A DNA stretch of 38,122 bases from an uncultured Pseudoalteromonadaceae bacterium. GTDB lineage: Bacteria; Pseudomonadota; Gammaproteobacteria; Enterobacterales; Alteromonadaceae. The stretch lies in the NCBI GenBank assembly GCA_964629005.1, contig CAZVPC010000001.1, forward strand, positions 1 to 38,122. Reading direction: 5' to 3'. The translations under genes and the position numbers were made by a program. Within the stretch, counting starts at the first letter, position 1. Each line of letters begins with the position of its first letter. Shown here piece by piece: positions 31,436-38,122 of this stretch. The notes below the pieces were generated by a model that did not search any database, was not told where the DNA came from, and saw only the letters and a list, made by a program, of their open reading frames with translations.

Positions 31436-31828
31436 ATGAAGAAAAAATTAAATTTACTAAACATTAGTTTTATCTTGTTAGTTATGACCATAACGACAAG
31501 TTCGTATGCTAATTCTATTGAAAATAGTAGTGTCAATAAAGGTGATATTGAACAAGGAAAATTATTATGGCAAAAAAATTATAAGGGGATAGCACCTTTT
31601 GTTAACCGCAGTTGTGAGTCTTGTCATGGCAAAGATTTATCTAAAACAGGACAACACATTAAAACCAAACGAAAAATAAAGCCTATGGCAGTTTCTGTTA
31701 ATAGCAAACGATTTTCTAATGCTCGTAAAGTTGCGAAATGGTTTTTACGAAATTGTAAATGGACTATGGCAAGAGAATGCACAGTACAAGAAAAAGCTAA
31801 TATTCTAAAGTACTTAAAATCACTTTGA
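31436..31828 (+). CDS. Exported monoheme c-type cytochrome (DUF1924-like)
   Basis: Signal peptide, a single CxxCH (CESCHG), 130 aa. AGGA Shine-Dalgarno. Confidence 0.75.
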   Translation: MKKKLNLLNISFILLVMTITTSSYANSIENSSVNKGDIEQGKLLWQKNYKGIAPFVNRSCESCHGKDLSKTGQHIKTKRKIKPMAVSVNSKRFSNARKVAKWFLRNCKWTMARECTVQEKANILKYLKSL

Positions 31829-31855
31829 TAACCAATTTTTATTAAGGAAAAATTT

Positions 31856-32428
31856 ATGAACAAACCTATGTTCGGAACATTATTAATTATGTCAACGCTG
31901 TCTGCTCTTACTGTAACTTTGCTTTTTTCTGAGCAAGTTCAAAGTAAAGATTCTGACTATTCTTTTTTTTCAAAGTCGGCCTATCGTGGCGTTAAACCAG
32001 CACAAAATGCTACCTACCAAGAAGAATGCTCTAGTTGTCATATGGCTTATTCACCGGGATTACTACCCAGTAATTCATGGCAAAAAGTAATGAATAATTT
32101 ACAAGATCATTTTGGTGATAATGCTGAGTTGTTAGCTGATACTCAACAGCAAATATTAACGTATCTGCTTGCTAATTCGGCTGAAAAATCAAAATACTAT
32201 CGTTCTAAAGAAATTGCCCGATCGCTTAGAAAAAAAAGTACTATCGATAGAATAACACTTAGTCCTTACTTCATTAGAAAGCATGATGAGATTCCTAAAA
32301 AGTTTGTCATTGATAACCCTAAGGTAGGGAGTTTTAGTCAGTGTAATTTATGTCATTTACGAGCAGAGCAAGGCTCTTTTAATGAAGATGAAATTAGTAT
32401 TCCGGGGGTTGGTTTTTGGGAAGATTAG
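31856..32428 (+). CDS. Exported diheme cytochrome c (DHC-like)
   Basis: Signal peptide and two CxxCH motifs (CSSCHM, CNLCHL). 190 aa. AAGGA Shine-Dalgarno. Confidence 0.75.
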   Translation: MNKPMFGTLLIMSTLSALTVTLLFSEQVQSKDSDYSFFSKSAYRGVKPAQNATYQEECSSCHMAYSPGLLPSNSWQKVMNNLQDHFGDNAELLADTQQQILTYLLANSAEKSKYYRSKEIARSLRKKSTIDRITLSPYFIRKHDEIPKKFVIDNPKVGSFSQCNLCHLRAEQGSFNEDEISIPGVGFWED

Positions 32429-32435
32429 TTAACCA

Positions 32436-32471
32436 GTAACCACCGATTTTATTGGCGGTTACTAAATTTTT
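32436..32471 (+). terminator. Terminator of the cytochrome operon
   Basis: GTAACCACCG / TGGCGGTTAC stem (one mismatch) followed by TAAATTTTT. Confidence 0.65.
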
Positions 32472-32544
32472 GAGCTAAGTGTTGCTCAGATCAGCAGTCT
32501 GAAATTTGCATCTTTAAGATAATCCTGTGACAGGAGAATGGAGA

Positions 32545-33762
32545 CTATTTACTTAAATGATGTGATGCTGCCGCAGAGAACACAACATCGGTAGAGCTAT
32601 TCAGTGCGGTTTCTGCCGAGTCTTGAATGACACCAATAATAAAACCAATTGCTACGACTTGCATAGCAATATCGGTATCGATGCCAAATAAGCTACATGC
32701 TAATGGGATTAACAATAATGAGCCGCCAGCAACCCCTGAGGCACCACAAGCTGAGATAGATGCCACAATGCTAAGTAATATTGCGGTAGCAAAATCAATA
32801 TTCATATCTAAAGTGTGTGCTGCTGCTAATGTTAAAACAGTAATGGTGATCGCCGCACCAGACATATTAATAGTCGCTCCTAATGGAATAGCAACGGAAT
32901 AGGTATCTTCGTGTAAATCAAGTTTTTTACACAGAGCCATGTTAACCGGAATATTTGCTGCTGAACTGCGGGTGAAAAATGCGGTAATGCCAGATTCTCG
33001 TAAACAAGTAAAAACGAGTGGATAAGGGTTTTGTCTAGTGACTAAAAACACGATCAAGGGATTAACTATTAAAGCGACAATGAGCATTGAACTAATCAAT
33101 ATGATAACCAAATGGCTAAATTCACTTAATGCAGAAAATCCTGTGGTAGCGAGAGTATTAGCGACTAAACCTAAAATCCCTAATGGTGCGAAACGGATCA
33201 CAAACTTAACTATGCTTGAAATAGCTTCGCTAAGATCATGTACCATTATTTTTGTAGATCCACTGGCGCGTTTTAGGGTAAAACCTAAACCAAGTCCCCA
33301 AGCTAAAATACCAATAAAATTCCCTGTGGCTACAGCATTTATAGGATTGTCGACGATTTTAAATGCCAAAGCTGCGAGTACCTCACTGAGTCCTTGTGGT
33401 GGTTTAGCGGTTGCGCCAGCAATATCTAAGGTAAGTTGAGTAGGGAAGGTAAAACTCATGATAACAGCAATAAAAGCAGCGCTGAGGGTACCAATTAAAT
33501 ACAATAAAATGATTGGTTTTAATTTTGCGTCACTGTTAGTTTTTTGATTAGCAATAGAGGACGCGACGAGTACCAGCACTAAAATAGGGGCGACTGCTTT
33601 TAAGGCGCCAACAAATAAACTGCCGAGCAATGCAAATGACTTCGCTGTTTCAGGTGTTGCAACCGCAAGCAGTGTGCCTACAATAATGGCAATAATAATT
33701 TGTTTAACTAAGCTGATCGCTTGTAGTTTTTTTAATAATGGTAGATTAGTTGCTGCTGTCAT
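32545..33762 (-). CDS. sstT: Sodium:serine/threonine symporter
   Basis: 405 aa, colinear with E. coli SstT ([49 protein letters not shown]). Confidence 0.95.
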   Translation of the reverse strand: MTAATNLPLLKKLQAISLVKQIIIAIIVGTLLAVATPETAKSFALLGSLFVGALKAVAPILVLVLVASSIANQKTNSDAKLKPIILLYLIGTLSAAFIAVIMSFTFPTQLTLDIAGATAKPPQGLSEVLAALAFKIVDNPINAVATGNFIGILAWGLGLGFTLKRASGSTKIMVHDLSEAISSIVKFVIRFAPLGILGLVANTLATTGFSALSEFSHLVIILISSMLIVALIVNPLIVFLVTRQNPYPLVFTCLRESGITAFFTRSSAANIPVNMALCKKLDLHEDTYSVAIPLGATINMSGAAITITVLTLAAAHTLDMNIDFATAILLSIVASISACGASGVAGGSLLLIPLACSLFGIDTDIAMQVVAIGFIIGVIQDSAETALNSSTDVVFSAAASHHLSK

Positions 33763-33945
33763 TACAGGCCTTAGACTTAATATAATTATTGTGTAAATAG
33801 ATGGTCATTATCAATGAAGAGTGTTTATTAGCCAACCGTTATTTTTTAGCCTTTTATTTAATAATATTTTTTCTTGGGCTAACTTTTTTATTTTATTAAA
33901 AAAGCGCATAATACGCGCAAATTTTTTTTGATTTTGGACTCTTAT

Positions 33946-34515
33946 ATGGCAACCGAACAAGCCTTACAACAACGTAGTAATAATAGCTGCGAATTATGCA
34001 CTTCATCGGATAACTTAACGATTTACCCTGTACCACCAAGCAGTGATTTAAGCGTACAGCAAAGTGTTTATCTTTGCGCTACTTGTTCATCTCAAATTCA
34101 AGGTGACAGTGAATTAAATGTGAATCATTGGCGCTGTTTAACAGACAGCATGTGGAATCAAGAGCCTGCCGTACAAGTTATGGCTTATCGAATGTTACAT
34201 AAATTATCAGCTGAAAGTTGGGCGCAAGACGCGCTTGAGATGATTTATCTTGAAGATGATGTTAGAACGTGGGCTGAACAAGGTATCGCAGCAGAACAAA
34301 CCAATGGACCTACTCGTGATAGTAATGGTGCGGAGTTACACGATGGTGATAATGTGACCTTGATCAAAGATCTCAAGGTCAAAGGCGCTAATTTTACCGC
34401 TAAACAAGGCACTTTGGTTCGTGGTATTAATTTGACCGATAATCCTGACCATATTGAAGGTAAAGTTAACGGTACGCGTATCGTTTTAGTGGCCGCTTAT
34501 TTGAAAAAAGCTTAA
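33946..34515 (+). CDS. Long-form PhnA/YjdM-family zinc-ribbon protein
   Basis: N-terminal CELC...CATC zinc ribbon and a C-terminal PhnA domain (RDSNGAELHDGDNVTLIKDLKVKGANFTAKQGTLVRGINL). The ORF-track start at 33928 was trimmed to ATG 33946. Confidence 0.8.
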   Translation: MATEQALQQRSNNSCELCTSSDNLTIYPVPPSSDLSVQQSVYLCATCSSQIQGDSELNVNHWRCLTDSMWNQEPAVQVMAYRMLHKLSAESWAQDALEMIYLEDDVRTWAEQGIAAEQTNGPTRDSNGAELHDGDNVTLIKDLKVKGANFTAKQGTLVRGINLTDNPDHIEGKVNGTRIVLVAAYLKKA

Positions 34516-34655
34516 CTAGTTTAGTTTAATTATTAAAAAATAATTGATCTCTTGCTAGTTGTTTTGTATTGTTCATTTCATAAAGAAGGTTTAACAACTA
34601 TTCAACATAAAATTAACAATAAAATTAATTAATACTATTTAATAATGGATCTCTC

Positions 34656-35222
34656 ATGAAAAAATTTCTTTTTTTACCTTTATTTGCCTGTGCCGCTTTA
34701 TCTACCAGTGTTTTAGCCGAATCACCTGATTGGAATTATTTACAAGCATCGTATGCTGAAATGAACGTAGATAATGCACCTGAAGTTAACTTTAACGGTT
34801 ATGCTGTTGGTGGTTCTGGTTTGATTGGCGACACCTTTTTTATTATTGGCAAGTATTCTGCGGTAAATGATAGTGGTTATGATCAAAAATATAATCAATT
34901 GAATATTGGTCTTGGTGCACGATATGGTTTAAATGAAACAACCGATTTTTATGGCATTTTTGCTTTAGAAAATACAAATTTTGATCTGGGCTTAGATAAT
35001 GGTACTGAAGATGGCTACAGTGCAAAAATTGGTATTCGTTCAATGATCACCGACGATCTTGATGTTAATGCTGCTATTGGTACCGTTAACAGCACGGGCT
35101 CAGAAACACTATTTGAAGTAGATGCTTTTTATAGTATCACTGAAGAGTTTTCGGTTGGTTTTGAGTACGGAACCGTGGGTGATTTTACTACGTATGCGGC
35201 AACGGTTCGTTACGAATTTTAG
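34656..35222 (+). CDS. Small outer-membrane beta-barrel protein (8-strand OmpA-like/OmpW-like class)
   Basis: Signal peptide MKKFLFLPLFACAALSTSVLA, alternating hydrophobic strands, C-terminal VRYEF. Confidence 0.7.
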   Translation: MKKFLFLPLFACAALSTSVLAESPDWNYLQASYAEMNVDNAPEVNFNGYAVGGSGLIGDTFFIIGKYSAVNDSGYDQKYNQLNIGLGARYGLNETTDFYGIFALENTNFDLGLDNGTEDGYSAKIGIRSMITDDLDVNAAIGTVNSTGSETLFEVDAFYSITEEFSVGFEYGTVGDFTTYAATVRYEF

Positions 35223-35271
35223 AGCAACTAGCATAATTGATTAAATAAAAACTTAAATTTTTAGTTATTAT

Positions 35272-35306
35272 TCGCCCCAGTTTTTATCTGGGGCGATGTT
35301 ATTTTT
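35272..35306. terminator. Terminator between the convergent OM-barrel gene and ilvH
   Basis: TCGCCCCAG-tttttat-CTGGGGCGA (35272-35296) followed by TGTTATTTTT. Confidence 0.75.
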
Positions 35307-35330
35307 AGCCTAAATTCTAGTTGATTATTG

Positions 35331-35828
35331 TTACACCCTTAGCGCTTTTTCGCCACGGGCAATACCAACACATCCTGAACGAACCACTTCAATAATTTCA
35401 GTTTCATTAGCAATAATATCAATAAAAGCATTAAGTTTTTGCGCATCACCAGTAAGCTGTAAGGTATAAACTTGCTTACCAATATCGATGATCGCACCAC
35501 GAAAAATATCGGTAATACGCTTTACTTCAGTGCGCGATTTATCATTCATCGCGAGAACTTTGATCAACATTAGCTCTCGCTCAACGTGTTTACGTTCAGT
35601 AAGATCAGAAATTTTAATAACATCAACGAGTTTATTAACTTGTTTAATTATTTGTTCTAAAATTCTGTCATCGCCACTCGTAGCTATAGTGATCCGCGAT
35701 AAACTGAGTTCATCGGTTGGTGATACGGTTAAACTTTCGATATTGAAAGCGCGTTGGGAAAATAATCCGACAATGCGTGATAAAGAACCGGGTTCATTTT
35801 CAAGTAATATAGCTAAAATACGACGCAT
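35331..35828 (-). CDS. ilvH: Acetolactate synthase III small (regulatory) subunit
   Basis: [33 protein letters not shown] aligns from residue 1 with E. coli IlvH. Its ATG overlaps the ilvI TAA by 1 nt (TAATG), so the ORF-track GTG at 35855 was trimmed. Confidence 0.95.
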   Translation of the reverse strand: MRRILAILLENEPGSLSRIVGLFSQRAFNIESLTVSPTDELSLSRITIATSGDDRILEQIIKQVNKLVDVIKISDLTERKHVERELMLIKVLAMNDKSRTEVKRITDIFRGAIIDIGKQVYTLQLTGDAQKLNAFIDIIANETEIIEVVRSGCVGIARGEKALRV

Positions 35829-37552
35829 TAGGCTTGTTCTCCTTTTCTGATCCACATATCGTCAATAGCACCTTGACGTATTTGCATGGGGTAAACATGT
35901 TCAGTTTCATCAACCCTAATATCAATAAAAACTAATCTATCTTTTAGGGCAAAAGCTTGTGTTAATTTTTCATCTAATTCAGCTAGCTTGTCTATTTTTA
36001 AACCAACATGCCCATAAGACTCGGCTAATTTAACAAAATCAGGTAATGACTCCATATAAGACGAAGAATGACGACCGTCGTAAACCATATCTTGCCATTG
36101 TCGAACCATCCCTAAAGAACGATTATTGAGCATAATAATTTTTACCGGTAAATTGTATTGTAAACAGGTTGATAGTTCTTGAATATTCATTTGAATTGAA
36201 CCATCACCAGTAATGCAAATAACATCATCATCAGGAAATGCCATTTTTACACCCATCGCTGCAGGTAAGCCAAAGCCCATGGTACCCGCACCACCTGAAT
36301 TGATCCATTGTCTAGGTTTAGCAAAAGGGTAATATTGAGCCGCAAACATTTGGTGTTGACCAACATCAGAACAAACATAAGCATTACCTTTAGTGACACG
36401 ATACATGGCCTCAATTGCTGTTTGTGGTTTAATTAACTGTCCTGTTTGCTGATATTTATCACCCTGTATTGAGCGCCATTGATTGATCTTTTGCCACCAA
36501 TTATCTTGTGTTGGTTGATCAAGCCTATGATTACGTGCTTTTAGCTCGGTTAAAAGTTGTTTAATAACAATGTCAACTAAGCCAACAACGGGCACATGAG
36601 CATTAATGGTTTTTGAAATCGAGGTAGGATCAATGTCAACATGAATAATGGTGGCGTTAGGACAGAATTTATTAACGTTGTTGGTTACTCTATCGTCAAA
36701 GCGTGCTCCTAAAGCAAGAATAACGTCGGCGTTAGCCATCGTTTTATTTGCTTCAACACTGCCGTGCATACCTAACATACCGATGAAGTTTTTATGAGTA
36801 CCCGCAATACCACCGAGTCCCATTAACGTATTGGTGACAGGGGCGTTTAATAATTCAGCCAGTTCAGTTAATAAAACTGAAGCATCTGCTAAAATGATCC
36901 CGCCACCTGAATATATAACGGGTTGTTTTGCACCGTTTAAAATAGTGACAGCCTTTTTAATTTGTTTTACATGTCCCTTGATGGTGGGATTGTAGGAACG
37001 CATTTTTACATTGGTTTCAATAATAAACTTGCTTTTGTTTTGTGGGATCAATAAATCTTTAGGTAACTCAACTACGACGGGACCAGGGCGGCCTGCTTTG
37101 GCCAAATAAAATGCTTTAGCGATAATATTAGGAATGTCTTCAAGTACACGACAATTAAAACTGTGTTTGATTATCGGTCTGGTACAGCCAACAATGTCGG
37201 TTTCTTGAAAGGCATCATCACCAATTAAGTGAGTGGCAACTTGTCCTGCGAGTACTACCATAGGAATAGAATCCATATAAGCGGTAGCAATGCCAGTGAC
37301 ACAATTGGTTGCGCCAGGTCCTGAGGTTGCTAATACTACGCCAACATCACCTGTCGCTCTGGCGTAACCATCAGCCATATGCGTAGCTGCCTGCTCATGG
37401 CGAACTAAAATATGTTCAATTTCATTCTGTTGAAAAATAGCGTCATAAATATCTAAAACTGAACCTCCGGGGTAGCCAAATATATATTTTACTTTTAATG
37501 CAGATAAGGCTTTAACCACCATTTCTGCGCCAGTAAATAATTCTGTTGTCAT
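35828..37552 (-). CDS. ilvI: Acetolactate synthase III large subunit
   Basis: 574 aa, colinear with E. coli IlvI ([16 protein letters not shown] motif [15 protein letters not shown]-terminal EHVYPMQIR). Confidence 0.96.
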   Translation of the reverse strand: MTTELFTGAEMVVKALSALKVKYIFGYPGGSVLDIYDAIFQQNEIEHILVRHEQAATHMADGYARATGDVGVVLATSGPGATNCVTGIATAYMDSIPMVVLAGQVATHLIGDDAFQETDIVGCTRPIIKHSFNCRVLEDIPNIIAKAFYLAKAGRPGPVVVELPKDLLIPQNKSKFIIETNVKMRSYNPTIKGHVKQIKKAVTILNGAKQPVIYSGGGIILADASVLLTELAELLNAPVTNTLMGLGGIAGTHKNFIGMLGMHGSVEANKTMANADVILALGARFDDRVTNNVNKFCPNATIIHVDIDPTSISKTINAHVPVVGLVDIVIKQLLTELKARNHRLDQPTQDNWWQKINQWRSIQGDKYQQTGQLIKPQTAIEAMYRVTKGNAYVCSDVGQHQMFAAQYYPFAKPRQWINSGGAGTMGFGLPAAMGVKMAFPDDDVICITGDGSIQMNIQELSTCLQYNLPVKIIMLNNRSLGMVRQWQDMVYDGRHSSSYMESLPDFVKLAESYGHVGLKIDKLAELDEKLTQAFALKDRLVFIDIRVDETEHVYPMQIRQGAIDDMWIRKGEQA

Positions 37553-37591
37553 CTTAATGTCCTTTGAACTTAATTATGTCGATGGATATGT

Positions 37592-37625
37592 AAAAAAAAA
37601 CCCCCAATCTTTTCAGAGCGGGGGC
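37592..37625 (-). terminator. ilvIH leader attenuator (rho-independent terminator)
   Basis: The minus strand reads AAGCCCCC-gc-UCU-GAAA-AGA-uu-GGGGGUU followed by U9 (plus-strand A9 at 37592-37600). It lies about 40 nt upstream of the ilvI ATG. Confidence 0.75.
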
Positions 37626-37651
37626 TTGTATAAACTACTTATAAATAATAC

Positions 37652-37729
37652 TTAAACGCAGCTACCCCGAAGTGATTTGAGTATCACAACGACTAAGAGC
37701 ACGACATTGAGTAAAAAAATAGTATTCAT
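37652..37729 (-). CDS. ilvIH leader peptide, 25 aa, MNTIFLLNVVLLVVVILKSLRGSCV
   Basis: My own translation of the minus strand. 14 of 25 residues are Leu/Val/Ile, including the run VVLLVVVIL. The CGGGG in codons 21-22 (plus-strand CCCCG at 37665-37669) can pair with the CCCCG of the terminator 5' arm as an antiterminator. The Shine-Dalgarno is weak. Confidence 0.7.
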   Translation of the reverse strand: MNTIFLLNVVLLVVVILKSLRGSCV

Positions 37730-37781
37730 TAAAATAGTTCTTAAATAAGGTTCTAAAAAATTTATTACATTAGATAAACTA

Positions 37782-37810
37782 TTTTTAAAGCCTTTCGACT
37801 AGACTGTCAA
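37782..37810 (-). promoter_or_regulatory. sigma70 promoter of the ilvIH leader
   Basis: Minus strand: TTGACA (plus-strand 37805-37810), 17-nt spacer, TAAAAA (plus-strand 37782-37787). Confidence 0.6.
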
Positions 37811-37858
37811 CCAATAAATACAAATAATTGTTAAATTGTGGTTATTCAAGCGAATGTT

Positions 37859-38122
37859 TTATTTCATCGATAAATCCTTTCTATGTTCGTATACATTGTA
37901 TGACGTGGAATCAAAATGAGAAGACCATCTTTTTAGTAACTTTTTAGCTTTTTTTTTGCTGTTCAAGTGTTTTGCTAAAATTTCACTAAACTTTGTTTCA
38001 GGTGGAGTCATGGCAGCATAGTTAATATATGGAATAGCAAGATTCATTGACGCTTTACCATCAATACTGTCAGACCAACTCCAATTAAAAGGCCAATTTT
38101 GTTTTTTCGCTGCGTCACTCAA
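37859..38122 (-). CDS. C-terminal fragment of an unknown protein (N-terminus outside the window)
   Basis: The open frame runs to the window edge. It reads ...KQNWPFNWSWSDSIDGKASMNLAIPYINYAAMTPPETKF... with a Lys-rich tail. I recognise no family. Confidence 0.5.
   Translation of the reverse strand: MSDAAKKQNWPFNWSWSDSIDGKASMNLAIPYINYAAMTPPETKFSEILAKHLNSKKKAKKLLKRWSSHFDSTSYNVYEHRKDLSMK

Noticed and set aside
33038-33439. Long ORFs antisense to real genes. Examples are 33038-33439 opposite sstT, 26230-26586 and 27142-27405 opposite dnaE, 35488-35850 opposite ilvH, 24009-24344 opposite rnhB, 23314-23643 opposite lpxB, 21935-22258 opposite lpxA, 3825-4160 opposite glnD and 5350-5670 opposite the DsbA-like gene.
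   Set aside because: Each lies wholly inside a confidently homologous gene on the other strand. They have low-complexity or Ser/Ile/Cys-rich translations and no Shine-Dalgarno, so they look like shadow ORFs produced by codon bias.
33880-33935. A/T-tract-flanked GCGC-ataatac-GCGC element between the divergent sstT and phnA-like genes.
   Set aside because: The stem is only 4 bp and the flanking A and T runs are out of register. It lies between divergent promoters where a terminator makes little sense, so it is probably just AT-rich promoter DNA.
1-38122. A window-wide search for tRNA/rRNA-like sequence, CRISPR repeats, IS/transposase/integrase genes, toxin-antitoxin pairs, restriction-modification or other defence genes.
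   Set aside because: I recognised none on either strand. All large ORFs are accounted for by housekeeping or the accessory genes described above.

Overview
This 38.1-kb window comes from an AT-rich gammaproteobacterial chromosome. The proteins look Alteromonadales/Colwellia-like, but the taxon is only an inference. Most of the window is core genome and is almost colinear with the E. coli 4-min envelope/macromolecular-synthesis region. In order it holds the rpsO 3' end; then a small lipoprotein gene, dapD, glnD and map on the minus strand; then rpsB-tsf-pyrH-frr-uppS-cdsA-dxr-rseP-bamA-skp-lpxD-fabZ-lpxA-lpxB-rnhB-dnaE-accA-tilS on the plus strand; then a cytochrome b561 / monoheme c / diheme c operon, sstT, a long-form phnA-like gene, a small outer-membrane barrel gene, ilvIH on the minus strand, and a truncated unknown ORF at the right edge. 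I saw no tRNA or rRNA genes, CRISPR arrays, transposases, integrases or recognisable defence genes. Four things are worth a second look. (1) About 3.9 kb of non-core sequence sits in the divergent map|rpsB junction (5206-9140). It carries a DsbA-like gene plus a three-gene cluster (coiled-coil porin, FMN_bind protein with an ApbE-type flavinylation motif, PepSY-TM protein) behind a sigma70 promoter whose -35 is overlapped by a Fur-box-like site. I read the cluster as a candidate iron-regulated extracytosolic ferric-reductase/uptake module. (2) A 19/20-matched 20-bp inverted repeat brackets exactly the FMN_bind cistron. (3) A 25-codon Leu/Val/Ile-rich leader peptide and a terminator/antiterminator lie upstream of ilvIH; E. 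coli ilvIH is Lrp-controlled instead. (4) An 11-bp tandem direct repeat sits at the promoter of the cytochrome b/c operon. I found no evidence for a wholly new multi-gene system. The Fur-box porin/FMN_bind/PepSY cluster is the best candidate, and its function is inferred, not demonstrated.
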